This document shows positions 8,603 to 17,734 of a stretch of DNA of 55,326 nt, piece by piece. The notes below the pieces were generated by a model. It saw only the letters and a list, made by a program, of their open reading frames with translations. It did not search any database and was not told where the DNA came from. Every line of letters begins with the position of its first letter. Within the stretch, counting starts at the first letter, position 1. The position numbers and the translations under genes are program-made. Source of the DNA: a virus (taxonomy: Duplodnaviria; Caudoviricetes); the IMG/VR virus record IMGVR_UViG_3300010362_000019, positions 1-55,326 of that record; one strand, 5' to 3'.

Positions 8603-9500
8603 ATGCCGTTTCCCGGCTGCTGGGAGCCGCTACAGAGGCGCAACGAGACCGGGTATCCAGCATATCCGGCTCTAACACAGCTTATGTGCGTTAATGTAGG
8701 CGCCTGCGCGGGGGTGGGTGCGTTAAATTTCCAGTTAGGGCTGCTCTACAAATTAAAAAAGACATTCCATCCCCAGTTGCGAAAAGGGAGCCGGCACACT
8801 GGGCACCGACCCCCTACACACGTGAGCGATGACCAACCGCTCGGACGCTCACATAGGGTTCTCTGCAACCGCCTGCCAGCGCGCATTTTGAGACCGGTTG
8901 CGCTTACCGTCAGAGTCTCTGACGTTTGGTTGTGCAACGACATTCTCACCCCTATCCGGTTGCGCTTGCCAACATCCACTCGCCTGTGCCAATGGGCCCT
9001 CAGCATCCTTCTACATAGCGTAGGCAGCTGCAGGATCGGGGGACCGACCGAGCTGTAGCCGAAGGCTCTGCCGGCTCCGACTTGCAGCTCCAGGCGTTGC
9101 GCCTGGGCAGATGCGGGCTCCGTTTGCCGCGACCCGCGACGTCCGACCAACTGATCGCATGGTGTGTCGGGCGTGCCGCTGTTTGGGGACACCCAACGAG
9201 ATCGGCTGGGACGAGGGCACCGGACAGCCTGTCCATCGGGGGAGAGACGCTCCCACCCAGTCATGCGATTGACGACCGCCCGACATTTTCTCTAACGGGC
9301 GCTCAAAACATCTTGACCTCGGATAGGCGAGGTGTGACTGCCCGACTGTTGCGCGGGGCTGTGTAACGAAGCCTCAAGCGAGAGTGAAACAGACCCGCCG
9401 CGCACGACAGAACAAACCTCCTGCGATGCTGGTAAAGGACACAGTCTGATGAGAGTAGAGATTACGCGCGCGAACAAATCGCAATGATATTACTTGTGAC

Positions 9501-9550
9501 GTCGCAGATTGCGACAGAACGTTGACGGGCGAGTTATTCGGCAGTATTTC
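9501..9550 (+). promoter_or_regulatory. Operator palindrome plus putative promoter
   Basis: GTCGCA-GAT-TGCGAC at 9501-9515 followed by TTGACG-N17-TATTTC. Confidence 0.5.
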
Positions 9551-9588
9551 GCCTGACACACACGTGAACGTTCGAAAGCGCACACAGC

Positions 9589-9930
9589 ATGGGCAGACCA
9601 ACCCACCTGCGCGAGGTGACTGACGAGACACGTCCGTTGAACGCGACAGGCCGATGGCAAGGCGTCGATGACGTGTTCTTCCATCGCAGCCAGATCCGCA
9701 AAGGTGTCCGACTGATCTGGTTCGGTCGCACGAACCACGGTGATGTCTACGTGGTCGATGAGATCCGAACGCTGAAGGTGAACCGGCTCGGGAACTTGAA
9801 GGAGATCCCAGTCGATGCCTGTGTGCACATGACCGACTGGATCGTGCTCAAGCGCATCGGATCCAATCAGTGGATCACACGGTCGTTCGCAGCGCTCAGC
9901 TACAATGCGGCATGGAGGCTGGTGACATGA
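9589..9930 (+). CDS. Hypothetical protein
   Basis: 113 aa ORF downstream of promoter, ATGA overlap. Confidence 0.65.
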   Translation: MGRPTHLREVTDETRPLNATGRWQGVDDVFFHRSQIRKGVRLIWFGRTNHGDVYVVDEIRTLKVNRLGNLKEIPVDACVHMTDWIVLKRIGSNQWITRSFAALSYNAAWRLVT

Positions 9931-10361
9931 TCACGAGCAAACTACGCAGCGCAGTGGATGCGAAATTACAGTTCGGCGATGTGCTCATCGTGGTGAATGG
10001 AGTGGTCGTAGGGGTGGAGAGCAGCAACCGTTCCAACGCGGTTGATGATCCAGTGCCTCAACGAGCGCCAACCCGCACGCCATACGGCGGCCAGAAGAAA
10101 ACCGCGGCGCTTCGACAGCAGATTATGGAGGTGCTGGAGAGCGGTGGACCGATGCAGTCGGGAACCATTTGCGATCGGATCCTCGGGCCCGACAGCGGCA
10201 ATCATCCGAAAAGACCAGCAATTCGGCAGACTATTGAGCGGATGCGGGTGCAGAAGTTCCTGCTGATCCCAGCTCAGGACAAAGGGAAGATGCGGCCGAG
10301 GTATATGGCCAGACCGGCGAAATCGGCCCCCTCGCGTGCCTCGCTCAACGGAGCCGGCTGA
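9927..10361 (+). CDS. Putative winged-helix DNA-binding protein
   Basis: GGAGG RBS; LRQQIMEVLESGGPMQSGTICDRI...IRQTIERM..RPRY. Confidence 0.55.
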   Translation: MITSKLRSAVDAKLQFGDVLIVVNGVVVGVESSNRSNAVDDPVPQRAPTRTPYGGQKKTAALRQQIMEVLESGGPMQSGTICDRILGPDSGNHPKRPAIRQTIERMRVQKFLLIPAQDKGKMRPRYMARPAKSAPSRASLNGAG

Positions 10362-10600
10362 TGCCCACGCGCATGGTCGAGATCGACGAGGAGCTGCTGC
10401 TCCAGCTGCCGCTGCTCCTGCGCCTGCTGGAGGGCCACAGAGCCCAGCTCAAGCTCCAGCTCGGGCGCCTCGAGGCGCTGCAGGAGACGCTCGAGGGCTG
10501 GGCCAGGGCCGTTCCTACGGCCGCCCAGGACGCCCAGCTCGAGGCAGAGGTCCGGACCATGGAGTCACGCCTGCCTGGAGCTGTCTCCAACCGCCGCTGA
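10361..10600 (+). CDS. Leu-rich coiled-coil hypothetical protein
   Basis: TGATG overlap; heptad leucines. Confidence 0.55.
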   Translation: MPTRMVEIDEELLLQLPLLLRLLEGHRAQLKLQLGRLEALQETLEGWARAVPTAAQDAQLEAEVRTMESRLPGAVSNRR

Positions 10601-11022
10601 CTGACTGCCGGCTATCATAGCTGGCGCTGAACTCTCGCTCATCCGCTATTTGCAAGGGTTTCGTGCCGATGCCGTGCCGCTCTACCCGTAAATATACCCG
10701 CGACGTCCCCGTGATTGGATCGATTGCGTGCCGATGCCCAGGCGCACCGACCAGCTCGATGCTGCAGTGCATGGGGGCGAAAAGATCACTTATCGGACGC
10801 GACAGATCCGCGAGCGCATCGGCCTGCTCCTCGCCCATCACGTGCGACCTGGGCCTCGAGGCCTGGGCTCACCCATCCGGTCGATCGAGAAGCCAGACGG
10901 TCGGCCGGATGGCCTACACCCATCAGCCATTGGGTTTACCCGCCTGCCGCGTAAGCCTTCTGGGTGAGGCGAGGGGGGTGGCCAAAAAATGGGCCCGCTG
11001 CCAGGGACGAAGGGGCCCCCCA

Positions 11023-11118
11023 CCCCCCACAACTTGGACCACTCGGAGGTCAGTATATACGCATGGAGATCGACTACCTCCTCCCCCCACAACTAGAACG
11101 TATGTATATACGCATGGA
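11023..11118. repeat. Bipartite direct repeat
   Basis: CCCCCCACAACT at 11023 and 11083; GTATATACGCATGGA at 11053 and 11104. Confidence 0.8.
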
Positions 11119-11248
11119 TGGGAATATTGTCTGAGGACCGAACTGCCATGTTTTTGCCCTCCGACAGCAGACTTGTGCCTGTGCCGCAGCGCTATTCTCA
11201 ACGGACCAAACTGCGGGTGCAGTGGGACGATAATCCTGTGTGGGAGTT

Positions 11249-11587
11249 ATGGGGATGACCGGACACCATAACTTGGTGTGCATAGAGATCGGCGACGGTG
11301 TGCAGGACGAGGGCTGGCTGCGGGACATGGCTCGAGCACCCGCCGAAGCGCATGCGTCATTGCCACGCGCGACGATCGTGCTGCTGCTGAGCGGCTACGA
11401 CGATGATCAACGCTCGATCTGGGAGATACCCGAGGCAGCGGATTACGTGCGCCGGTTCGCCAAGCTGAGCGGATTGAACGACTGGCGGACGTCGGTGTTC
11501 GGGCAGCTGTCGGAGGAGACGAAGTTTCTGCTGATCATGTGCGATGCGCTGGACAAGCCGCATCCGTTCACAGCGGTGATTGAGTGA
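11249..11587 (+). CDS. Hypothetical protein (GYDDDxRxIWEIPE motif)
   Basis: First ORF of second small-gene array; GGGAG RBS. Confidence 0.65.
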   Translation: MGMTGHHNLVCIEIGDGVQDEGWLRDMARAPAEAHASLPRATIVLLLSGYDDDQRSIWEIPEAADYVRRFAKLSGLNDWRTSVFGQLSEETKFLLIMCDALDKPHPFTAVIE

Positions 11588-11808
11588 TGGCGGGTGCTGG
11601 TTGGAGTGAGCCGGATGCGGATGGTTGGCAGCAGTGGAGGAGCTGGCAGCAATGGCGGAAGCTGTGTCGCAGCGACGGATCAAAGTTTCATCGGCGCTAT
11701 GCGCGTTTGACCGCAGCGGGTCGCAAGGTGTGGCTGAAGGTGCCGGGTAAGCCGGGGAGAGAGTTTAAGACGGTCGAGGAAGCGAAGAGGGCATGCGTCG
11801 ATGAGTGA
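11584..11808 (+). CDS. Hypothetical protein
   Basis: Overlapping start/stop; FKTVEEAKRA motif. Confidence 0.5.
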   Translation: MMAGAGWSEPDADGWQQWRSWQQWRKLCRSDGSKFHRRYARLTAAGRKVWLKVPGKPGREFKTVEEAKRACVDE

Positions 11809-11817
11809 TCAGCTGGG

Positions 11818-11994
11818 ATGAGGAGCCACTGGTTCGACTGGGCGCTGGACCACGCCCGCTGGATCAATGCGGTGTTGTCGGTGGTGCTGTTGGTCGGTGC
11901 GATCGTGAACATGCTCGACGGTGCGCCATGGCTGGCGCCGTTCGGGTTCTGGGTGTCGGGTGGATTGGCGGGTTTGGCGATGGGGAAGAGATGA
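11818..11994 (+). CDS. Small membrane protein
   Basis: Hand translation MRSHWFDWALDHARWINAVLSVVLLVGAIV...LAMGKR; ATGA overlap; below ORF-track cutoff. Confidence 0.5.
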   Translation: MRSHWFDWALDHARWINAVLSVVLLVGAIVNMLDGAPWLAPFGFWVSGGLAGLAMGKR

Positions 11995-12272
11995 CGGGCC
12001 GTGAGGCGGCATGGATGTGCGTGAGCTGCGGCTATGTGTGTGACGCGTATACGTCGTTCAGTGATCCGAAGGCGCGGCCGAAGACGGGCGATGTGTCGCT
12101 GTGCATGAACTGCGGCGCTGAGTATGTGCGGCACGCTGGTCGCTGGCGGCCGATGACGGCGGCAGAGCGCGAGGCAATGCATCCGGAGAGCAGGCGACAG
12201 ATCGAAGAGATGCACGCGGCGCGGTCGCACGTGCCGATGCCGGATCTGGCGAAGCGCGGAGGGCGAGCATGA
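11991..12272 (+). CDS. Zinc-ribbon protein
   Basis: CVSCG...CMNCG. Confidence 0.65.
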   Translation: MTGREAAWMCVSCGYVCDAYTSFSDPKARPKTGDVSLCMNCGAEYVRHAGRWRPMTAAEREAMHPESRRQIEEMHAARSHVPMPDLAKRGGRA

Positions 12273-12481
12273 TGACACTGGAGCCCGGCATGACGGTGCG
12301 GTTCCGCTACACGAACCACAAGCTCGAGACCGAATGGCGCGAGGTGACGGTGCTGGGGGTGTGGTGGGGTGCGTCGAAGTTTCACCAGGGCGAGCAGTGG
12401 TTCCTGCGGGCGTTCGATCCAAGTCGCAACGAGGAACGGAACTTTGCGATGCGTGACATGCGCTCGGTGAGCAAAGCATGA
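12269..12481 (+). CDS. Stand-alone WYL-domain-like protein
   Basis: VRFRYTNH...REV...QWFLRAFD..RNEERNFAM matches WYL pattern. Confidence 0.7.
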   Translation: MMTLEPGMTVRFRYTNHKLETEWREVTVLGVWWGASKFHQGEQWFLRAFDPSRNEERNFAMRDMRSVSKA

Positions 12482-12690
12482 CGAAGATGCGGAACAGCCA
12501 GCTCCTGCAGCTGATGCAGCACATCATTGGCTGGCAGCTGGATCCAACGAAGCACCCGCTGACATGCGGCAACAGCAGTGATCATCCGCCGCTGTATCCG
12601 CTGATCGTCGAGAGGCGGGTGACGTTGGCCTGCGCGCATTGCGACTACCGGCAGGAGCTGCCCGAGTGGATCGGGGAGATGGTGCGGTGA
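12478..12690 (+). CDS. Small zinc-binding hypothetical protein
   Basis: HPLTCG...CAHCDYRQ. Confidence 0.6.
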   Translation: MTKMRNSQLLQLMQHIIGWQLDPTKHPLTCGNSSDHPPLYPLIVERRVTLACAHCDYRQELPEWIGEMVR

Positions 12691-12935
12691 CGCTGAGCCA
12701 GGGCGAGGCGCTGGATCTGCTGTGCGAGGAGCTGATGATCGCAGCTGACGAGGGACCGATGAAACCGACCGAAGTGCATAAAGTGCTGGAGGACGCCTAC
12801 GCGCAGCTGAAGGGGCTGATCTACGAGCTGGAAGACGTGAGGACCGACACCGCGGCAGCGATCGGTTACGCGACCGGTGCGCTGTCGAAAGCGAAAGCGT
12901 TGGTGGGAAGGGATATCGATGACGCAGCTGCCTGA
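12687..12935 (+). CDS. Hypothetical protein
   Basis: GTGA overlap. Confidence 0.55.
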   Translation: MTLSQGEALDLLCEELMIAADEGPMKPTEVHKVLEDAYAQLKGLIYELEDVRTDTAAAIGYATGALSKAKALVGRDIDDAAA

Positions 12936-13194
12936 TCCCAAGGAAGTGCAGCAGATGATCGACCAGATCGAGCCGATGCTGCACGGGAAGAACCCGATCG
13001 AGGTCGGCGCGACGCTGGCGTGGCTGACGGCACTGTGGCTGTCGGGGCACGTGAGGAAGGGCGATCCGCTGGCGACGTCGACACTGCAGGAACGGCTGCT
13101 GCTGTCGCACACGGATGCGATCATCGACACGGTGGTGAAGCTGCAGCCGATGTTTCAGCAGCGCGCAGAACGCGGAGAGGGGAGACCGCTATGA
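12919..13194 (+). CDS. Hypothetical protein
   Basis: Coupled ORF in array. Confidence 0.6.
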   Translation: MTQLPDPKEVQQMIDQIEPMLHGKNPIEVGATLAWLTALWLSGHVRKGDPLATSTLQERLLLSHTDAIIDTVVKLQPMFQQRAERGEGRPL

Positions 13195-13430
13195 GCAGAC
13201 TGCTGGTGATGCGGTTGGCTGACATGGTGCGCGTGCATCCGAACCAGATCGAGAGCACGTGCCCGAACTGCGGCGAGACGGTCGGGATCTATCCGAGCGG
13301 TCAGCAGATGCTGCAGGAGAACCCGGAGCTGGAGATCGTGTGCCAGAAGTGTGTCGGCGGCCCGATGCTGGTGCCGGCGCCATCGACGCAGATCCTCGAG
13401 GAGATGAAGCAGTCGGTGAAGCGCCGATGA
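13191..13430 (+). CDS. Zinc-ribbon protein
   Basis: CPNCG...CQKC; ATGA overlap. Confidence 0.65.
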   Translation: MSRLLVMRLADMVRVHPNQIESTCPNCGETVGIYPSGQQMLQENPELEIVCQKCVGGPMLVPAPSTQILEEMKQSVKRR

Positions 13431-13693
13431 GGACGTCAGACACGCTGTCGGTGCTGGAGCTGCTGCCGGCCGAGGTCGAGGAGCTGCTGAGACCATGCAA
13501 CGGGGAAGCTGGGCTGCAGCGGTATGTGCGGCATCTGCAGGGGATGGTCGAACCGGGCGGGATCATTGCGCTCGACGACGAGCATGTCGGGCGGATCTTT
13601 CGATATGCCCGCTACAACTTCGGTGAAGGCGGCGCCCAGGAGCAGCTGATCGCGGCATTCGGTCGGCTGTTCGTGGACGCGTTCAAGAGATGA
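13427..13693 (+). CDS. Hypothetical protein
   Basis: ATGA overlaps. Confidence 0.6.
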   Translation: MRTSDTLSVLELLPAEVEELLRPCNGEAGLQRYVRHLQGMVEPGGIIALDDEHVGRIFRYARYNFGEGGAQEQLIAAFGRLFVDAFKR

Positions 13694-13923
13694 CGCGGCC
13701 AGGGCTGATGGATCAGCTGGCGTCACTGTCGTTGCACCACAGCAGCGTGCGCAATCTGGTGGCGGGGTTCCTCGAGCAGGATCTGAAGCACCGGCATGGA
13801 ATAACGACAGTGTCGGTCGACGACATCGAGCTGGCGCTGCGCGTGCTGGCGACGGGGTTGGAGACCAATGCGCGTGCGGTGATCGCAGCGCTGAGCATCA
13901 TGCAGGGAGAACGGGATGAGTGA
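13690..13923 (+). CDS. Hypothetical protein
   Basis: ATGA overlap. Confidence 0.55.
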   Translation: MTRPGLMDQLASLSLHHSSVRNLVAGFLEQDLKHRHGITTVSVDDIELALRVLATGLETNARAVIAALSIMQGERDE

Positions 13924-14248
13924 GACCGAGCAGACCGGCGCGAAGCTGGGTCATAGCGACGTGGAGCTGCTGCAGCAGGTGGTGATGGACGCCGGCCGGC
14001 GAGCGATGAAGGCGCGCAAGAAGGCAAAGCGCCGCGGGGACGATGAGGGCCGGAAAGCGCACACGCACATGGCTGCGCATCTGGCGCGGGTGCACATGAA
14101 GCTTGGTCACTTGCACGGCGATCCGCGCAAGCAGCTGGGCGACATGCTCGGTCGGGTAATGTCGGAGCTGACCGGCAGTAGTGCGACCGCGACGGTGATC
14201 GGGCCGGGCGATCCGAAGGCGGGCGAAGAGCAGCGAGCTGCAGAGTGA
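13916..14248 (+). CDS. Hypothetical protein
   Basis: GGGAG RBS, overlap. Confidence 0.6.
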   Translation: MSETEQTGAKLGHSDVELLQQVVMDAGRRAMKARKKAKRRGDDEGRKAHTHMAAHLARVHMKLGHLHGDPRKQLGDMLGRVMSELTGSSATATVIGPGDPKAGEEQRAAE

Positions 14249-14520
14249 CAGAGCTGGAAGAGCGTCTGCGCGCCGGGATGCTCGAGGTCTTGGTCAGCAC
14301 CGAGGAGCTGTATCCAGGCATCATGGACGAGGCTCGAGACCGCCTGGGTATGCTGCCGCGCGCTGGCGAAAACCCGACGCCACTGGCTGACATGGAACGC
14401 ATGGCGCTGATAGCTGCGGCGTTTGCGGCGATCGACCGGAAACCGAGACCAGAGCTGGTGTCGGCGGTGCGCAAGATCAGCGGCGTCGACAAGCGCATGT
14501 GGGTGGAGACGGTGAAGTGA
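14245..14520 (+). CDS. Hypothetical protein
   Basis: GTGA overlaps. Confidence 0.55.
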   Translation: MTELEERLRAGMLEVLVSTEELYPGIMDEARDRLGMLPRAGENPTPLADMERMALIAAAFAAIDRKPRPELVSAVRKISGVDKRMWVETVK

Positions 14521-14738
14521 GCTGGGAACAATGGCTCTCCTTTGCGGTGATCGCGGTCAACTTCGTGCTGATCTGGCGCAACATCCGAATGTATCGGCTG
14601 ATGCTGCGGACGCAGGACGTGCTGCAGCAAGTCATCGTCAAAGCCTGGGTGATGCGGCACGCCCCGATCTGGGTGCCGTGGTGCGCGGTGCGCGGCTACG
14701 AGTTCCACGTCGAGCCGCGGGAGATAAAGCGCAAATGA
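14517..14738 (+). CDS. Small membrane protein
   Basis: N-terminal hydrophobic segment; GTGA overlap. Confidence 0.55.
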   Translation: MSWEQWLSFAVIAVNFVLIWRNIRMYRLMLRTQDVLQQVIVKAWVMRHAPIWVPWCAVRGYEFHVEPREIKRK

Positions 14739-15046
14739 AGGTGATCCTCGAGGGCCCGTTCACGGACGATGATCTGGTCGCTTTGGCGCGGGTCATCCGG
14801 CAGATAGACGACCACAATCCGACAGCGCTGTTCTCGATGCAGATCACCGGCAGTGGTCGGTCGTCAGATCAGATAGAGGCGGCACTGGCACGGATGCTGC
14901 CGCCGCTGCCAGACCGCGCCACTGCGTTCGCCAGGGCGGCGTATCAGGACGACAGCTATCCGGTGCGCGACTGTCAATTCTGCCACAATCCGTATCGCGG
15001 GCCGGCGGTCTACTGTTCGCTCGACTGTGCGATGGCTGACGCATGA
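14735..15046 (+). CDS. Hypothetical protein with C-terminal CxxC..YCSxxC zinc finger
   Basis: CQFCHNPY...YCSLDC. Confidence 0.6.
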   Translation: MKVILEGPFTDDDLVALARVIRQIDDHNPTALFSMQITGSGRSSDQIEAALARMLPPLPDRATAFARAAYQDDSYPVRDCQFCHNPYRGPAVYCSLDCAMADA

Positions 15047-15303
15047 TCCCATGGCAACCGAGCCCCGAAGAGCTGGACGAAGCCGACGTCGGCATCGCCC
15101 TGGCGAACGAGATCATTCAGCTGTGTGCGCAGCATGCGCAGAGCGTCGAGCTGACAGAGGTCGCGCTGTGCTGGGCCCTGGCCAGGGTGATCGTGGCGCT
15201 GCGCAGGCCCGAGATCATCCCCCAGGCGACGGCGAGCTGCGTGTCGACGCTGCGAATGGAAGTGGAGCGACTGAGGGGAGTGTGGGAACGTGACGCTGGA
15301 TAA
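15043..15303 (+). CDS. Hypothetical protein
   Basis: ATGA overlap. Confidence 0.55.
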   Translation: MIPWQPSPEELDEADVGIALANEIIQLCAQHAQSVELTEVALCWALARVIVALRRPEIIPQATASCVSTLRMEVERLRGVWERDAG

Positions 15304-15526
15304 GATGGAAGAGCTGGCCAAAGGGCTCGGCCAGATCCTGATCCAAACCGTGCCCGAGGGCATGGCGTATCTGCTGCTGCTTACGTCGCTCGACCAGACC
15401 CGCGTGGCGGTGTGTTCGAACATCGAGCAGGACGACGCGATCGACGTGATGCGCAACCACATCGACACCTACGACCGCGGCGGGGTGCCGCGCCCCAAGG
15501 AGATAGCCAAGGAGGCGCGCAACTGA
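15290..15526 (+). CDS. Hypothetical protein
   Basis: GGGGAG RBS; TGATG coupling. Confidence 0.55.
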   Translation: MTLDKMEELAKGLGQILIQTVPEGMAYLLLLTSLDQTRVAVCSNIEQDDAIDVMRNHIDTYDRGGVPRPKEIAKEARN

Positions 15527-16053
15527 TGGCGCGGCAGTGCGGCAGCTGCACGCTGTGCTGCCGGCTGTTGCCGGTGCAATCGCTGGACAAGCCGGCGAAC
15601 CAGAAGTGTCGGCATCAGTCATACGGCAAGGGCTGCACAGTCTATTCGCGGCTGTGGGAGGTCGCGCCGGAGTGCAAGGTCTGGAACTGTCGCTGGCTGA
15701 TCGACGAAGAGGTCGAGCGCCGGCAGATGAAGCGACCAGACCGGGCGCATTACGTGATCGATGTGATGCCCGACGCGGTTACGACAACCACACCTGACGG
15801 CACCAAACACAGGATCCCCGCGGTGCAGGTTTGGGTCGAGCCTGGGCACCGCGACGCGCACCGAGATCCGAAGCTGCGGGATTATCTGGCGCACATGGGC
15901 GAGAAGCATTCTGTCGTCGCCATCATCCGATACGACAATCGCGAGGGCTTCGTGCTGGTGCCGCCGGCTCTGAACGAGGGCGAGTGGCTCGAGCACCGCA
16001 ACACGAGAGCTGGGCCGTCGCTGCTCGAGCTGATGGCGAAGGGGGAACTATGA
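15526..16053 (+). CDS. YkgJ-like cysteine-cluster (Fe-S/Zn) protein
   Basis: CGSCTLCC...C..GCTVY...PEC..WNCRWL; AGGAGG RBS. Confidence 0.7.
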   Translation: MARQCGSCTLCCRLLPVQSLDKPANQKCRHQSYGKGCTVYSRLWEVAPECKVWNCRWLIDEEVERRQMKRPDRAHYVIDVMPDAVTTTTPDGTKHRIPAVQVWVEPGHRDAHRDPKLRDYLAHMGEKHSVVAIIRYDNREGFVLVPPALNEGEWLEHRNTRAGPSLLELMAKGEL

Positions 16054-16541
16054 GCGAGCGGCCACCGATCGGAGGGCAATGCATGATTGAGCTGGGATGG
16101 GCCCGCAAGGCAGAGGAGACCGGCTTCGGCGACGGTGTGCCGGTCGGCTACATGGCGAGCTGGCCAAAGGACAAGGCGCTCCCGCCTGGGTGGGTGTGGC
16201 TCGAGACGGTCGAGGAGTATGCGGCGAAGCTCGATGAGCTGGAGGTCGGGCCGAGGGTCTATGCGATCTGTTGGTCCGATGAGCGTTCCGACCGGGAGTG
16301 CCCATGCCCAGGCGTATGCGAGGAGGCCAACCGGTGCGTCGTTGACCTCATCCGCGAGCGTGGCTGGGTGGTGGCTGAGCCTGGGAAGTCTGGCAACGAG
16401 CTGGTGGACCTGGGCCTGGGGGTAGCCGCCAGGACAGTCGAATTGGCATCGCGCGCGAAACGAGAGGACGGCCTACATCACGATGCGGACGTGCTCGAGT
16501 CCGCGGCGAGAGGGCTGCGGCTGCTGGCAGGTGAGAGGTGA
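16050..16541 (+). CDS. Hypothetical protein
   Basis: ATGA overlap. Confidence 0.55.
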   Translation: MSERPPIGGQCMIELGWARKAEETGFGDGVPVGYMASWPKDKALPPGWVWLETVEEYAAKLDELEVGPRVYAICWSDERSDRECPCPGVCEEANRCVVDLIRERGWVVAEPGKSGNELVDLGLGVAARTVELASRAKREDGLHHDADVLESAARGLRLLAGER

Positions 16542-16545
16542 AGAC

Positions 16546-16761
16546 ATGCATTGGCTGATAATTCTGGTGATCTTGTGGGTGGTCTTTCGGCAGGTGGCCT
16601 CGCTCTGGGCGGATGGGTATCAGCCCAGCCTGGAGCCCCGGCCGCCCTGGTTCCCGCACCGGCACGTGTTCAACGAGCAGCCGACCGCTGCCAGGATCCT
16701 GCAATGCGGGCTGCTCGGTTTCGCCGCGGTCTGCATCGCCTGGGCGTTCTTCGGTGGCTGA
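16546..16761 (+). CDS. Small membrane protein
   Basis: Two hydrophobic segments; GAGG RBS. Confidence 0.55.
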   Translation: MHWLIILVILWVVFRQVASLWADGYQPSLEPRPPWFPHRHVFNEQPTAARILQCGLLGFAAVCIAWAFFGG

Positions 16762-17008
16762 CGTTCACCTCGACATCGGGATCGACGCCGATCAGCGGAT
16801 CATCGATGTCTGGGCCTGGATCGCGGTGCACGCGAACGGGGGCGAGGGGATCATCAGCGGGGTTCTCCCAGGCCTCGGTCTCGCTCAGCTCTTCAGCGCC
16901 AACGAGGCTATGGCCCAGGCGATGGAGCCTCTTGCCAAGCGAGCGGTGAAGGTCGCCCCCAAAGGAACCACCTGCGAGCTGCGCAAGTTCACCGTGGTGA
17001 GGCATTGA
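16754..17008 (+). CDS. Hypothetical protein
   Basis: VWAWIAV..NGGEGI motif; coupled. Confidence 0.55.
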   Translation: MADVHLDIGIDADQRIIDVWAWIAVHANGGEGIISGVLPGLGLAQLFSANEAMAQAMEPLAKRAVKVAPKGTTCELRKFTVVRH

Positions 17009-17319
17009 TGGCGCCTGCATTCTACAAGCTGGACAACGACCGTAAGCCTGTGCGCGTCCACGATGCTGATTGGGTAGATGCGCTCGGCACCTATTCGGGC
17101 GTCGTGGTGAAGCGCGAGATTGCCAAAAACACGGTGGTGTCGACGATCTTCTGGGGCATCACTGCACCGAACGACCGCGATCTGCTGTTGTTCGAAACAT
17201 CGGTCTTCGGTCCAGACGGGACGGATGATGGGCTCTACCGGAAATATCGCACCTGGGACGAGGCTGTTGAGGGGCACGAGGAGATCATGCGCACGGTGTT
17301 GGGCATAGGGTTCGTGTGA
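17008..17319 (+). CDS. Hypothetical phage protein (VSTxF...LFETxVF...YxTWDEAxxGH family)
   Basis: Recurrent phage motif set; TGATG overlap. Confidence 0.65.
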   Translation: MAPAFYKLDNDRKPVRVHDADWVDALGTYSGVVVKREIAKNTVVSTIFWGITAPNDRDLLLFETSVFGPDGTDDGLYRKYRTWDEAVEGHEEIMRTVLGIGFV

Positions 17320-17666
17320 GCTGGGAAGAGCGCAGATATGACCGCGCCGGCATCGTGGTGCCGTATTACGTGCGCGCTGACGGCATCATCGTGCGGTTCA
17401 GCTCAGAGCGTGGCGGGTGGTGTGCGTTCTCTGCAGACGGCGATCGGCTGCATGACATTGGCGATGGGTTCACTGCCGGCGCGATGACCGACAAGGTCGA
17501 TCAAACCATCCCGTTTTATGAAGCGGTCGAGCAACGACCGGTGTCGATGATGACCGACAATCAGGGCCGATTTGTTGTGCTCACCGACCGCGGCCGGATC
17601 TACCGGTTGTTCGAAACTGAGTGGCGTGAACTGCTCCTGCCACCGCTGCCAAACTTGCAAGATTAG
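17316..17666 (+). CDS. Hypothetical protein
   Basis: GTGA overlap; last gene of array. Confidence 0.55.
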   Translation: MSWEERRYDRAGIVVPYYVRADGIIVRFSSERGGWCAFSADGDRLHDIGDGFTAGAMTDKVDQTIPFYEAVEQRPVSMMTDNQGRFVVLTDRGRIYRLFETEWRELLLPPLPNLQD

Positions 17667-17680
17667 AACCCATCATCCGC

Positions 17681-17710
17681 TTGTCATCTCGCTGCCGCGT
17701 TCCTTAAACT
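17681..17710 (+). promoter_or_regulatory. Putative sigma70-type promoter
   Basis: TTGTCA-N18-TAAACT in AT-richer intergenic gap. Confidence 0.4.
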
Positions 17711-17734
17711 TACAATTCTGTAAGGGGAACGTGC

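Noticed and set aside
8603-9366. ORFs 8603-9058, 8746-9264, 9082-9366
   Set aside because: Atypical composition, no RBS or coupling, no motifs; treated as non-coding
9380-9475. Hammerhead ribozyme suggested by CTGATGA at 9446 and nearby GAAA/GAAC
   Set aside because: Stems II and III could not be paired around the core; downstream motif is GAAC rather than GAAA
11023-11118. Possible mini-CRISPR
   Set aside because: Only two bipartite copies, unequal short spacers, no cas genes
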